NCBI GenBank assembly: GCA_050950285.1
Contig: JBMNHG010000011.1
Location: 124,001-188,000 of the forward strand
DNA length: 64,000 nt
Direction of reading: 5' to 3'
Source: Kiritimatiellia bacterium
Lineage (GTDB): Bacteria > Verrucomicrobiota > Kiritimatiellia > RFP12 > JBMNHG01
This document shows, one piece after another, positions 1 through 10,383 of the stretch. A program made the position numbers and the translations under genes. How positions within the stretch are numbered: position 1 is the first letter of the stretch; the number at the start of each line of letters is the position of its first letter. A model generated the notes under the pieces. It did no database searches. It worked only from the letters and a program-made list of their open reading frames with translations, and was not told the DNA's origin.

Positions 1-11
1 GCGCGCCGCGC

Positions 12-2282
12 GTGATCCAGCCGATCGCCCACATCGGCTACTACAACCAATGGAACCTCGCCTGGTGCGGCTTCACCGGCGGCGAGGGGCCGGATGCGCC
101 CTTCGCGGGACTCTTCAGCGCCTTTGGCGGTTCGTGGCGGAAGCGCGGCTTCCAGCGCCCGCTTCTCCTGGAAGGCGCTCCGGACGGCGCCGACTGTTTC
201 CTGCGCTTCCCCATCCGCGCCGGACGCCGCCTTTACGGGCTCGTCTTCTCCACGCGCGCCGCGGCGGGCGTCGACGCCTCCGACCGCCGCTGCCTGCCCA
301 ACGCGCGCAAGGTCGAACTCTCCGACTTGCGCCTTGGCAAGACGAGCCGCTGGATTCTCGATCCGCCGCCCGAGCCGCGTTCGCTCCGCCTGCTCGATGC
401 CGCTTCGCTCGAGGCCCAGCGCGCCCGCCTGCTCGCCGATCCGGGGATCCGCACAGCCCTTGAAACCTATCTCGCGGATGCCGCCTCCAATCCGCGCCTG
501 CGGGATTCGCGCCTCACCGCCGCCGCCTGGGCCGCCGGGCGCGACGACCTCCTCCGGGAGCAGTGCGGACGGCTGGAAGAGCGGGCCGCGCGAATGTTCG
601 ATTCCGTCGCCGACGGCGGCTACGAGGCGCTGGTCATCTTCCACGGCCGCCAGTACAAGGCAGATGCCTACGACCTCGACCTGCTCTGGGCGCTCGGCCT
701 CCTCGACGAAGCCCGCTATCGCCGCGTCCGCGGAATCTTCCTCGCCACCGCCTCGATGTACGCCGACCCCGACTACTGCCGCTACGGCGACTTCTGGCCC
801 GGGCGCGAGCCGGAGGAGGGCATCGCCATGGCCCTCCGCGACGAGATGGGCGACACGCCCGTCCCGCCGAACTTCGCCTCCGAGTACTTCACCACCGTCG
901 GCATGATGGCGGAGCTTTTCCCCGGCCACCCCGCCGCCGCCGCGTGGCGCGCCTTTGCCGAGGAGCAGACGCTCGCCTTCCTCGAAACGCACTTCGAGCC
1001 GGACGGCACCTATCACGAGTCGATCAACTACCACTCGCACGCCCTCTCGGAGTTCGCCTGCTACTTCCAGGCGCTCCGCCACAAGGGGGGGCGCGACGGG
1101 TACCGCCATCCGGTGGTCGAAGGAAGCTACCGCCACTTCGCCCAACTGCTCACGCCTCCGCTGGAGAACGGCATCGCGGAGCTCGACGGCTGCCGCACCG
1201 CGAAGGGCGACTGGCCCCTCTACTACGGCGCCGCTTCGGACGCCGGGCGGCGCGCCGCCTGGCCGGCCGACGGCAACAGCGGCGGCCACGGCCTTGCCCA
1301 GGAAGTGCGCGACGACCTCCCCCTCGCGGCGACGGCCTATGCGGAATCCAACCCCGCCCTCGCCGCCGCCCTCGCCGCCGCGTGGAACGCCGCCGGGCGC
1401 CCCCTCTTCGGAAGCGAGCACCCGCTTGCCACGCTCGCCCTGCTCCAGCCCGACGCGCCCGCCGTCCCCCTCCCGTGGGAGAGCGCATGGCGCCGCGGCC
1501 TCGGCGTGCTGTCGAAGTCCGTCACGCGGGACGGCGACGCCCGCTTCGTCCTCTTCCGGGCGGGCCGCGCCACCCATCACATGGACTTCGACCAGGGCAA
1601 CCTCCAGATCTTCGCCTATGGCCGATCGATGCTCGGCGACCACGGATACCACACCTCCGACACCGATGGGAGGCCTCTTCCCGCCGCCGCCACCTGGCTG
1701 CACAACACCCTCACCTACGGGCCCCGGCCCGATCTTTCGTCCGGATACCTCGGCCTCGAACTCGCGCCGGAACCCGCATGCGTCGAACTCGGCGCGGAGA
1801 CCGACCGCGTGGTCCACCGCATCGTCAACACGAACTTCCGCGACCTCGCCCGCCTGCCCTACAACCAGCAGATCCACGCTCCCGCCACCATCCACGTGCG
1901 CCGCTACCTCTACGAGAAGCGGCTCGGCGTGGTGGCGCTGCGCGATACCCTCGAGGAAAGCCACGGCCCGGCGGTATCGTGGTTCCATCCACGCGAACGC
2001 CCGGTGGAACAGGCCCCCGGCGATTTCCGGTGCGGTCCCGCCGACGCCCCGCACCTGCGCATCCTCGTGCCCACGCCCGCGACACGCGAGGTGGTCGAGA
2101 ACCGGCGGCAAGGCCCGCTGTTCTCGCTCGGCTTCCGCGTGCCGCAAGGCGGGGAGATGGTGGCGCTCCTCGTCCCCTGCGCCCGCGACACCCCCGTCCG
2201 GGCGTCATGGGACCCCGCCACCGGCCGCCTCGACGTGTCGGTCGGAAGCGAGTCCGTCACGTGCGACTTGTCGGGCGGATGA
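12..2282 (+). CDS. Heparinase II/III-like (polysaccharide lyase-type) protein, probably 5'-truncated by the window edge
   Basis: Motifs DGTYHESINYH, HHMDFDQGN and WLHNTL resemble heparinase II/III-family proteins; frame is open to the window start. Confidence 0.55.
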   Translation: MIQPIAHIGYYNQWNLAWCGFTGGEGPDAPFAGLFSAFGGSWRKRGFQRPLLLEGAPDGADCFLRFPIRAGRRLYGLVFSTRAAAGVDASDRRCLPNARKVELSDLRLGKTSRWILDPPPEPRSLRLLDAASLEAQRARLLADPGIRTALETYLADAASNPRLRDSRLTAAAWAAGRDDLLREQCGRLEERAARMFDSVADGGYEALVIFHGRQYKADAYDLDLLWALGLLDEARYRRVRGIFLATASMYADPDYCRYGDFWPGREPEEGIAMALRDEMGDTPVPPNFASEYFTTVGMMAELFPGHPAAAAWRAFAEEQTLAFLETHFEPDGTYHESINYHSHALSEFACYFQALRHKGGRDGYRHPVVEGSYRHFAQLLTPPLENGIAELDGCRTAKGDWPLYYGAASDAGRRAAWPADGNSGGHGLAQEVRDDLPLAATAYAESNPALAAALAAAWNAAGRPLFGSEHPLATLALLQPDAPAVPLPWESAWRRGLGVLSKSVTRDGDARFVLFRAGRATHHMDFDQGNLQIFAYGRSMLGDHGYHTSDTDGRPLPAAATWLHNTLTYGPRPDLSSGYLGLELAPEPACVELGAETDRVVHRIVNTNFRDLARLPYNQQIHAPATIHVRRYLYEKRLGVVALRDTLEESHGPAVSWFHPRERPVEQAPGDFRCGPADAPHLRILVPTPATREVVENRRQGPLFSLGFRVPQGGEMVALLVPCARDTPVRASWDPATGRLDVSVGSESVTCDLSGG

Positions 2283-2345
2283 CCTCCCGGCACGCCCCCT
2301 TCCAACGTCTTCCCGCCCGTCCGCCCCGCCCACAGGAATCCAGCC

Positions 2346-4277
2346 ATGCCCATCTGCCGCCTCCGCTTTGGAACGCCCGAACCGTTCGTCCCCACTCGCT
2401 TCGCCCCCCCGCCGAAGATCGCGCTTTCGGAGGAGGCGCCCGATGTCGCGAAGACCATCCGCTTCTCCGTCTCGGAGCGCGGCACGCGGCTCACGATGCC
2501 CATCCGCGCCCAGGCCGGCGTCTATGGCTTCGGCCTCCAGTTGAAGGGCTTCCAGCACCGGGGCACGAAAAAACGGCTGTGCGTGAACGCGGATCCGCGG
2601 TCGAACAGCGGCGACTCCCATGCGCCGGCGCCCTTCTTCGCCACCACCGAAGGCTTCGGCCTCTACGTGGACACCGCGCGCACCGCCACGGTCTACTGCG
2701 GCCTGAAACGCCGCCCCCCCGCGGGCGGAGAGGCGGCGCAGGGCGGGCGCCATGGCTTCACGACGGACCTGGACGAACTGTACGCCGTGCGCGTGGACGA
2801 TGCGGAGCGCGACCTCGTCGTCGAAATCCCCGTGGCGAAGGGCGTCGACCTCTACGTCATCACCGGCGAATCCATCCTCGACATCGTCTCCCAGTACAAC
2901 CTCCTCTCCGGCGGCGGATGCCTGCCGCCGCTTTGGGGCCTCGGCAACTTCTACCGCTGCGGGCTCAAGTTCGACGCGCCCAAGGTGCTCGCCATGGCCC
3001 GGCGGTTCCGCGAACTCGACATCCCGTGCGACGTGATCGGGCTGGAGCCCGGCTGGCAGACCACCGCCTACTCCTCCTCGTACGTGTGGGATCCCGTGCG
3101 CTTCCCCGATCCCGCCGCCACCCTCGCGGAACTGAAGCGGCTCGGCTTCCACGTGAACCTCTGGCAGCACGCCTTCACGCATCCGAGTTCGCCCCTCTAC
3201 CCCGGCCTGCTCCCCTACAGCGGCGACACCCTCGTCTGGAACGGCCTCGTGCCGGACTTCGCCACCGAAGAGGCCAGGCGTCTCTTCGCGGACTACCAGA
3301 AACAGACCCTCGTGGACATCGGCGTGGACGGCGTGAAACTCGACGAATGCGACGGCAGCGACTTCACGGGGAGCTGGTCGTTCCCCGACTGCGCCTCCTT
3401 CCCCTCCGGACTCGATGGCGAGCAGTACCACGCCCTCTTCGGAACGCTCTACGCGCAGACCGCGCTCCGCGCCCTCGAAGGCCGCCCCACGCTCTCCGAA
3501 ATCCGCAACCTCGGCGCCCTGGCGGCGTCCTACCCCTTCGTCCTCTACTCCGACTTGTACGAACACAGGGACTTCGTCACGGGCGTGGTCAACGCCGGCT
3601 TCTCGGGTCTTCTCTGGACCCCCGAAGTGCGCGATGCCTCCAGCGCGCGCGACCTCGTCCGCAGGGTCCAGTGCGTGGTCTTCAGCGCCCATTCGCTGGT
3701 CAACGCCTGGTACCTCGAGGAGATGCCCTGGGTGGCGTTGCAGTGCACCGGCGAGATCCGGCGCCTGCTGCGCATCCGGATGCAGCTGATCCCCTACCTG
3801 TATGCGGCCTTCGCGGACTACCGGGACACGGGCAAGCCGCCCGTGCGCGCCCTCGTGTGCGACTACCAGGACCAGCCGGAAAGCTGGGACGTCGACGACG
3901 AATACCTGCTGGGCGACTCCCTTCTCGTGGCGCCCATCCTCGCGCCCGCGAAGCCGGACGACCCGTCGGAGGAGCGCGAGGTGTGGCTCCCCGAAGGCGA
4001 GTGGCACGACTTCTTCACGGGCGCGGGATACGCCGGCGGAAAACACCGCGTGAAGACCGGCGACATCCCCGTGTTCGTGAAGGGCGGAACGCTCCTGCCG
4101 CTGGCGAGGCCGGTGCCGTACGTGGGGCCGGACACCCGCCTCGAAATCGAACTCCGCGCCTACGGCGACTGCTCGAAGGCGGCATGCCGCCTCGTGGACG
4201 ACACCCCCGAAGGAACGGTCCACACGGTCACGGCCGCCACGCGCCACCTCGACAGCCCGCGCTACACGCTGGCCTGA
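2346..4277 (+). CDS. Glycoside hydrolase family 31 (alpha-glucosidase/xylosidase-like)
   Basis: DIPCDVIGLEPGWQ, WDPVRFPDP, GVDGVKLDECD (nucleophile region), EYLLGDSLLVAP, VWLPEGEWHDF. Confidence 0.85.
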   Translation: MPICRLRFGTPEPFVPTRFAPPPKIALSEEAPDVAKTIRFSVSERGTRLTMPIRAQAGVYGFGLQLKGFQHRGTKKRLCVNADPRSNSGDSHAPAPFFATTEGFGLYVDTARTATVYCGLKRRPPAGGEAAQGGRHGFTTDLDELYAVRVDDAERDLVVEIPVAKGVDLYVITGESILDIVSQYNLLSGGGCLPPLWGLGNFYRCGLKFDAPKVLAMARRFRELDIPCDVIGLEPGWQTTAYSSSYVWDPVRFPDPAATLAELKRLGFHVNLWQHAFTHPSSPLYPGLLPYSGDTLVWNGLVPDFATEEARRLFADYQKQTLVDIGVDGVKLDECDGSDFTGSWSFPDCASFPSGLDGEQYHALFGTLYAQTALRALEGRPTLSEIRNLGALAASYPFVLYSDLYEHRDFVTGVVNAGFSGLLWTPEVRDASSARDLVRRVQCVVFSAHSLVNAWYLEEMPWVALQCTGEIRRLLRIRMQLIPYLYAAFADYRDTGKPPVRALVCDYQDQPESWDVDDEYLLGDSLLVAPILAPAKPDDPSEEREVWLPEGEWHDFFTGAGYAGGKHRVKTGDIPVFVKGGTLLPLARPVPYVGPDTRLEIELRAYGDCSKAACRLVDDTPEGTVHTVTAATRHLDSPRYTLA

Positions 4278-4291
4278 CGGCCCGCCGCAGG

Positions 4292-4320
4292 AAAAACGGC
4301 GCGCCGTTTTTTTCGCGGCA
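4292..4320. repeat. Palindromic element AAAAACGGCGCGCCGTTTTT, copy 1; may act as terminator of the GH31 gene
   Basis: Perfect 20-bp palindrome at 4292-4311 with a T-tract; same core at 18231 and 44302. Confidence 0.75.
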
Positions 4321-4369
4321 TGATTTCTGCTCGACTTCATCCTTCACGCAGGAACCCCATGGAGACCTT

Positions 4370-6094
4370 ATGGCAGTGGACATGAAATCCTTTCCGGTAC
4401 GGGCGATCGTGCTGGCGCTCGTCGCGGGCGCGGCGATGGCCCAGAACCTTCCCGAAGTGACGATCGACGGCAACGACTTCAAGCGCCTGGACGCCTTCGA
4501 GGCGCAGCGGATGCAGGAGGCGGACAAGTGCTTCGCCGCCCGCAACTACCGCCAGGCCGTCGCCGCGTACGAGTCCTTCATCCAGGAGTTCGACCGGTCG
4601 GAGGCGCTTCCCTATGCGATGCTCAAAAAGGGTCGCAGCCTGCAGCTGGACGGCAAGCGCTTCGAGGCGATCCGCGTGTACGAGGGGGAGGTGCTCGACT
4701 ACTTCCCCGACACGGTCCAATATGCGGCGCCGGCCCTCTACTACATCGGGGAATGCCACTGGCAGAACGGCGACGTGAAAGAGGCCATGAAGGCCTGGGC
4801 CGAGATGGCGGACGATGTGGACTACTCGCGGCACTACCTCGCCGCGCCCGCGCTGAACGCGCTGGCCCGGAACTTGAGCGAGCAGGGCAAGCCCGGCGAG
4901 GCGGTGAAGTATTGGTGGAAGGTGGCGGAGAACTTCCGCTATTCCTCCCGCGACCCCGCGCGCGAGGCCATGAACCAGGTGATCGCCCATTACATCCGCA
5001 CCGAGCCGAACGAGGCGAAACTCGCCGAATTCTACAAAGTCGCCGGGACCTTCGAATGGGACCCGCGCGACGCCGAGTCGGCCGATCCCTCCCTCTACTG
5101 GACGCGCGTGATGGAGAACATCGCCAAGTACGGCGAGTTCAACGAGGCCCAGCGCGAGCTCAAAGAGCGCTTCTACGCCTATTGGGCGCGGGTCTTCACC
5201 GGCAAGAACCCCGAGTGGGACGACTTCCAGTACTCCCGCATCTGCTACCAGCGGCAGGCGGACGGCGACAACGCGAAGTGGGAGAAGGCGCTCGACGACC
5301 AGTTCGCGAAGTACCAGAAAGAGGACTCCTACGATCGCATCGTGAGTTTCCTCGGCTATTTCGCCCGCGACCGGAAACGCGCGAAATTCGACGAGTACTA
5401 CAAGAAGCTCAACTTCGAAAAGATGTCGCCCGCCGCCATCGAGCGGCTCGTGCGCGTGATCTACGACAACGGCCTGGGCGAGGACCTGGGCCGCAACACC
5501 TTCGCCCATCTCCCCCTCGAGAAGATGGACGACAACGCGAAGTACCATTTCGGCCGCTGGATGTGGCACAAGGACGAGCCGCCGCTGGTCGATCTCTACA
5601 ACTCCTTCGAAAACCGCTCGTGGGGACAGTTGGAACTCCTGCGCTACTACGACTGGCGCAAGAACCTCGAAAAGGGTCCCAAGCTGGCCGAAGAGGTCGC
5701 CGCCGCCTACCCGGATGCCGCGAAAGAGGCGCTGTACATGAAGGGGTCGATCCAGCAGCACCACGGACAGCGCGAGGAGGCCATCCAGACCTACCGCCGC
5801 AGCGAACACGTGCCGCACAGCATCTATCGCATGGCGGAGTGCTACCAGGGGATCGGCAAGCCCGATTCCGCGATCGCCCAGTACCGCGAGCTCGAGAACT
5901 TCTTCCCGGACCAGGCGCCCGAAGCGGCGTTGCGCATTGCCTGGGTGCACCGCGACGTCGGCGACCAGAAGCAATTCATCGCGGCCCTTCGCGCGGTGAT
6001 GAAGAAGTATCCCGCCTCCGGGCAGTCCTCCACCGCCCACCAGGAACTCGAAAAACTCGGCGTCGCCATCGGCGGCGGCATCGGCGCGGAGTAA
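4370..6094 (+). CDS. Secreted tetratricopeptide-repeat (TPR) protein
   Basis: ATG at 4370 after GGAG; signal peptide (RAIVLALVAGAAMA); TPR-like helices (APALYYIGECHW, SIYRMAECY). The 563 start in the ORF track is a spurious extension. Confidence 0.8.
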   Translation: MAVDMKSFPVRAIVLALVAGAAMAQNLPEVTIDGNDFKRLDAFEAQRMQEADKCFAARNYRQAVAAYESFIQEFDRSEALPYAMLKKGRSLQLDGKRFEAIRVYEGEVLDYFPDTVQYAAPALYYIGECHWQNGDVKEAMKAWAEMADDVDYSRHYLAAPALNALARNLSEQGKPGEAVKYWWKVAENFRYSSRDPAREAMNQVIAHYIRTEPNEAKLAEFYKVAGTFEWDPRDAESADPSLYWTRVMENIAKYGEFNEAQRELKERFYAYWARVFTGKNPEWDDFQYSRICYQRQADGDNAKWEKALDDQFAKYQKEDSYDRIVSFLGYFARDRKRAKFDEYYKKLNFEKMSPAAIERLVRVIYDNGLGEDLGRNTFAHLPLEKMDDNAKYHFGRWMWHKDEPPLVDLYNSFENRSWGQLELLRYYDWRKNLEKGPKLAEEVAAAYPDAAKEALYMKGSIQQHHGQREEAIQTYRRSEHVPHSIYRMAECYQGIGKPDSAIAQYRELENFFPDQAPEAALRIAWVHRDVGDQKQFIAALRAVMKKYPASGQSSTAHQELEKLGVAIGGGIGAE

Positions 6095-6107
6095 GGACCA
6101 TGCAATC

Positions 6108-6136
6108 TTGACGCCGGGCGGGGCAAGTTGTATTGT
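6108..6136 (+). promoter_or_regulatory. Putative sigma70 promoter for the gltA-fmt operon
   Basis: TTGACG-17 bp-TATTGT upstream of gltA. Confidence 0.45.
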
Positions 6137-6246
6137 CATGGCTTCCGCTCGTACTCTACTCATTATACACTTCCCAACTTGCCAACGGCCCGGACCCCCA
6201 ACCCTGGCGCGGACGTTGCGAAACCCGGGGGACTTGCGTCATCGTC

Positions 6247-7656
6247 ATGGACAACAAGAATCCACAGCCACAGATGGACATGGCCCGTTTGCATGCCTAT
6301 GCCGACCGGATCCGCGAGGGCGGGCTCATCGACCCCGCCCTCTACGTGAAATACAACGTCAAGCGCGGTCTCCGAAATGCGGACGGCACCGGTGTCCTGG
6401 TCGGTCTCACGCGCATCGGAAGCGTCCACGGCTACATGATCTCCGAAAGCGAGCGCATTTCCGTTCCCGGGCGTCTCTTCTATCGCGGCGTGGACGTGAA
6501 GGATCTGGTCGCCGGCTGCGAGTCGGATGGCCGCTTCGGGTACGAGGAATGCGCCTACCTGCTGATCTTTGGCGAACTGCCCGACCGCGGGGAGCTGGCG
6601 GAGTGGGAGCATACGCTCGACGCCTTCCGCAGCCTGCCGGAGGCCTTCACGCAGAATGCGATCCTGCGCGTCCCTGGCGCGGACATCATGAACAGCCTCG
6701 CCCGTGCGGTGCTCGCGGCATTCCTCTACGATCCCGATCCGGACGACACCTCGCTCCCCAACGTCGCGCGCCAGTGCATCGAGCTGGTCGCGCGCTTCCC
6801 CGTGATCGCCGCCTACGCCTACCAGGCCATGGTCCACAGCCACCGCGGCAAGCCGCTCCTGCTGCGCGAGCCCATGCCCGGCAGGAGTACGGCGGAGAAC
6901 CTCCTGTACCTGGCGAAGGAGAGCGGCGAGTTCACCCGCCTCGACGCGGAACTGCTCGACCTCTGCCTGATCCTCCACGCCGAGCATGGCGGCGGAAACA
7001 ACTCCGCCTTCGCGACCCATGTGATGACCTCGGCGTTCACCGACACCTATTCCACCATCGCCGCCGCGACGCTGTCGTTGCGCGGCCCGCGCCATGGCGG
7101 GGCCAACCTCCGCGCCCTTGACCAGATGAACGCGCTCAAGACGGCCGTCGCGGACTGGACCGACGAGGCGGCGATCACGGAGTACCTCGGCGACATCCTC
7201 GCGCAGAGGGTCGGTGAGAGCCGCCACGGATTGATCTACGGCTTCGGCCACGCCGTCTATACGCTCTCCGACCCGCGCGCGGAAATCCTCCGCGAGAAGG
7301 CCCGCGACCTTGCGAAGGCGAAGGGCCGCGAGGAGGAGTTCGCGCTCTACGAACGGGTCGAACGCATCGTCCCCGCGGTGATCAACAGCCGACGCGCCAC
7401 CCCGCGCCCGATCTGCGCGAACGTCGACTTCTATTCCGGCTTCGTCTACGACATGCTGGGGCTTCCTCGCGAACTTTTCACTCCGATTTTCGCCGTCGCC
7501 CGCGTGATCGGATGGTGTGCCCACCGTCTCGAGGAGCTGGTCAACGGAGGCCCCATCATCCGGCCCGCCTACAAGGCTGTCGGGCAGAATTTCCCCTATG
7601 TTTCCCTTGACGAGCGCCGCAGCGGGGTTTCTGCGGACGCGAAGAAGATCCCATGA
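6247..7656 (+). CDS. gltA: Citrate synthase
   Basis: LHAEHGGGNNSAF, GPRHGGAN, IYGFGHAVY..SDPRA, ANVDFYSG motifs. Confidence 0.93.
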   Translation: MDNKNPQPQMDMARLHAYADRIREGGLIDPALYVKYNVKRGLRNADGTGVLVGLTRIGSVHGYMISESERISVPGRLFYRGVDVKDLVAGCESDGRFGYEECAYLLIFGELPDRGELAEWEHTLDAFRSLPEAFTQNAILRVPGADIMNSLARAVLAAFLYDPDPDDTSLPNVARQCIELVARFPVIAAYAYQAMVHSHRGKPLLLREPMPGRSTAENLLYLAKESGEFTRLDAELLDLCLILHAEHGGGNNSAFATHVMTSAFTDTYSTIAAATLSLRGPRHGGANLRALDQMNALKTAVADWTDEAAITEYLGDILAQRVGESRHGLIYGFGHAVYTLSDPRAEILREKARDLAKAKGREEEFALYERVERIVPAVINSRRATPRPICANVDFYSGFVYDMLGLPRELFTPIFAVARVIGWCAHRLEELVNGGPIIRPAYKAVGQNFPYVSLDERRSGVSADAKKIP

Positions 7657-8705
7657 AAGAGAAAACACGCGTCGTCTTCATGGGCTCCGCCCGGATCTCC
7701 TGCGTCGCGCTCGAGGCTCTGCTCAAAGCGCCCTGGCTCGAAGTGGCGGGCGCCGTGGCCCAGCCGGACAGGCCGGTCGGCCGCAACCGCGGCAACACCC
7801 CCCCCATGCCCTGTCCCGGGAAGGCATGCGCCGTGGAGCACGGCATTCCGGTGATCACCCCCGCCCGGGTGAACAAGCCCGAGGTGCTTTCCCAGATTTG
7901 GGCCTGGGCGCCCGACGTGATCGTCGTGGTGTCCTACGGGCAGATCCTCAAGGCTCCCCTTCTCAATCTTCCGCCCCTCGGGTGCGTGAACCTCCACCTT
8001 TCCCTTCTTCCAAAGCATCGCGGCGCCGCCCCCGTGAAGTGGGCCATCGCCGATGGCGACACCCGGACAGGCGTGACCGTGATGCAGATGGACGAGGGCA
8101 TGGACACCGGCTGCATCCTCGCCCAGTCGATGGAGGACATCCTCCCCGGCGACACGTCGGAAACGCTTACCGAACGCCTTTCGAAACGGGGCGCGATCTT
8201 GCTCGTGGACACCCTTCGCCAGCTGGTCAAGGGTACCGCCGAGCCCGTCGCGCAGAACTCCAACGAGGCCACCTACGCGCCGAAGCTTTCAAAGGACGAC
8301 GGATGGATCGCGTGGGATTCCAAAGCCAAGGAGATCGTCCAGCGCATCCGTGCCTTCCAGCCTTGGCCGGGATCGTGCACCTTCTTGCCCGTGAAGTCCG
8401 GCGACACCGTGCGTCCCACCCGCGTGCGCATCTTCCGCGCCGAGGCCGTTGCCCGTCCACGCGGCACGGGGGGGGCCTGCGCCGGAACCGTACTCGCAGC
8501 CTCCGATGCGGACGGGCTCCTGATCGCCGCCGAATCGGGTGCCGTCCGCATCCTCGAAGTGCAGGCGGAAGGCGGAAGACGCATGTCGATCGGCTGCTTC
8601 CTCCGCGGCCGCTCCGTGCCCGTCGGCGGAATCCTCCCCCCCCCTCCGCCTCCCGCCGCCCTTTCCTCCTCCTCCTCCGCCCCCCTCGAGCTCGACGCGC
8701 TCTGA
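7653..8705 (+). CDS. fmt: Methionyl-tRNA formyltransferase
   Basis: VVFMG, QPDRPVGR, YGQIL, NLHLSLLPKHRGAAP, MDEGMDTG; ATGA overlap with gltA. Confidence 0.92.
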   Translation: MKEKTRVVFMGSARISCVALEALLKAPWLEVAGAVAQPDRPVGRNRGNTPPMPCPGKACAVEHGIPVITPARVNKPEVLSQIWAWAPDVIVVVSYGQILKAPLLNLPPLGCVNLHLSLLPKHRGAAPVKWAIADGDTRTGVTVMQMDEGMDTGCILAQSMEDILPGDTSETLTERLSKRGAILLVDTLRQLVKGTAEPVAQNSNEATYAPKLSKDDGWIAWDSKAKEIVQRIRAFQPWPGSCTFLPVKSGDTVRPTRVRIFRAEAVARPRGTGGACAGTVLAASDADGLLIAAESGAVRILEVQAEGGRRMSIGCFLRGRSVPVGGILPPPPPPAALSSSSSAPLELDAL

Positions 8706-8802
8706 GGGCCCCGGCGCACGCCCGGGGACAGGGGCCGCCGCAGTCGGGACGGACGTGCCGACCCCGCCCGGAGGGTCGAACAATGCCATTCCGAGCCTTC
8801 CC

Positions 8803-9612
8803 ATGATCACCCGCGAAACCCCCATCCTGCCGCCGCCCGCGACTCGGCTCCAGGCGCTCGGGCGAGACGTGCTCCATCTCCTGGAGGAGGTGGGGCATGC
8901 CACGGTCATCGCCGCCGGCTCGTTCGCGGCGATGCGTCACGCCTTCACGCGCCGCAGCCGGAGGGAGATCGTCGCCCAGATGTACGTCGCCGGCATCAAG
9001 AGCCTGCCGGTGGTGACCGTGGTGGCCTTTTTCATCGGCATGATCCTCGCGCTGCAGATCGGGATCGAACTGCGGAAGTTCAGCCAGGAGGCGTATGTGG
9101 GGCCCGCCGTCATGGCCACGATGCTGCGCGAGATGGGGCCCTTCATGAGCGGGCTCGTGCTTGCCGCCTGCGTCGGCTCCGCCATGGCCGCGCAATTGGG
9201 CACGATGACCATCAACGAGGAGATCGCCGCCCTCGAAATCATGTCGATCGACCCGATCCGCTTCCTCGTGATGCCGCGCATGGTGGCCATGGTGGTCATG
9301 GTGCCCGTGCTGTCCTTCTACACCTGCATGATGGGGCTCCTCGGCGGCGCCGTGGTGTGCCGCACGCAACTGCTCGTCCCCTGGGCGTCGTACTTCCAGA
9401 ACGCGATGGACTTCGCCGACACCCGCGCCCTCTACGTGGGCCTCCTGAAAGCCCTCGTCTTCGGCGTGCTCATCACCACCGTCGCCTGCTACGAAGGCTT
9501 CTCCACGAAGCACGGCGCCGTCGGCGTGGGCCTCGCCACGCGGCGCTGCGTGGTGACCAGCTTCCTCCTCATCCTGGTGGTCGGGTACTTCGTGACCCGC
9601 CTCTTCTACTAG
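8803..9612 (+). CDS. mlaE: MlaE-family ABC transporter permease
   Basis: LREMGP, GSAMAAQLGTM..NEEIAALE.M.IDP..FLVMPR, GAVGVG.AT. Confidence 0.9.
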   Translation: MITRETPILPPPATRLQALGRDVLHLLEEVGHATVIAAGSFAAMRHAFTRRSRREIVAQMYVAGIKSLPVVTVVAFFIGMILALQIGIELRKFSQEAYVGPAVMATMLREMGPFMSGLVLAACVGSAMAAQLGTMTINEEIAALEIMSIDPIRFLVMPRMVAMVVMVPVLSFYTCMMGLLGGAVVCRTQLLVPWASYFQNAMDFADTRALYVGLLKALVFGVLITTVACYEGFSTKHGAVGVGLATRRCVVTSFLLILVVGYFVTRLFY

Positions 9613-9624
9613 GTCCCGCGCGCC

Positions 9625-10383
9625 ATGATCCGCTTCGAAAACGTGACCAAGCGCTTCGGGAGCCAGACCGTCCTGGACGGGGTCTCCTTCGAAATCCGCA
9701 AGGGCGAGATCTTCTCGATCGTGGGGCCGTCCGGTACCGGGAAGAGCGTTTCCCTCAAACACATGGTGCGCCTGCTCACGCCCAACTCCGGCTCCGTGTG
9801 GGTGGACGGCGACTGCATCAGCGCCGCCACCGCCAAAGAACTCCCGCGCATCCGGTCCCGGTTCGGCTACCTCTTCCAAAGCGCCGCGCTGCTTGCCTGG
9901 ATGACCGTCTACGAAAACGTGGCCCTCCCCTTGCGCGAGACACGCCGCATGGCCGAATCCGAGATCCACGACCGTGTCATGGACGCCCTCGAAAAGGTGG
10001 CGCTTGCCGACCACGGCGCCAAGTATCCCGCCGATATCTCCGGCGGCATGCGGAAGCGCGCCGGACTCGCGCGCGCCATCGTCAACGAGCCCGAAATCGT
10101 CCTCTACGACGAGCCCACCTCCGGACTCGACCCCGTGACTTCGCGCCGCATCGACGAGCTCATCGCCGGCCTGCGCGACCGGCTCGGCATCACCAGCGTG
10201 GTCGTCACCCACGACATGCACAGCGCCCTCGCGGTCTCGGACCGCATCCTTATGCTCGGTGGCGGCCACGTGGTCGAGCTGGCCCCACCCGCCGAATTCG
10301 TCCGATCCTCGCTTCCCGAGGTGAAGGCGTTCCTCGACGCGCAGTTCATCACCCGCAAAGGTTCCTGGGAGCCATCGACATGA
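9625..10383 (+). CDS. mlaF: MlaF-family ABC transporter ATPase
   Basis: Walker A GPSGTGKS, ISGGMRKRAGLARA, LYDEPTSGLDP. Confidence 0.9.
   Translation: MIRFENVTKRFGSQTVLDGVSFEIRKGEIFSIVGPSGTGKSVSLKHMVRLLTPNSGSVWVDGDCISAATAKELPRIRSRFGYLFQSAALLAWMTVYENVALPLRETRRMAESEIHDRVMDALEKVALADHGAKYPADISGGMRKRAGLARAIVNEPEIVLYDEPTSGLDPVTSRRIDELIAGLRDRLGITSVVVTHDMHSALAVSDRILMLGGGHVVELAPPAEFVRSSLPEVKAFLDAQFITRKGSWEPST

Noticed and set aside
563..4369. 1843-aa ORF (563-6094) as one giant protein
   Set aside because: The first ~1270 codons are Arg/Pro/Gly-rich shadow translation overlapping two real genes; only 4370-6094 looks like protein.
8630..8705. C/T-rich low-complexity tail of fmt as a repeat element
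   Set aside because: It simply encodes a Pro/Ser-rich disordered C-terminus; no repeat unit or boundaries.
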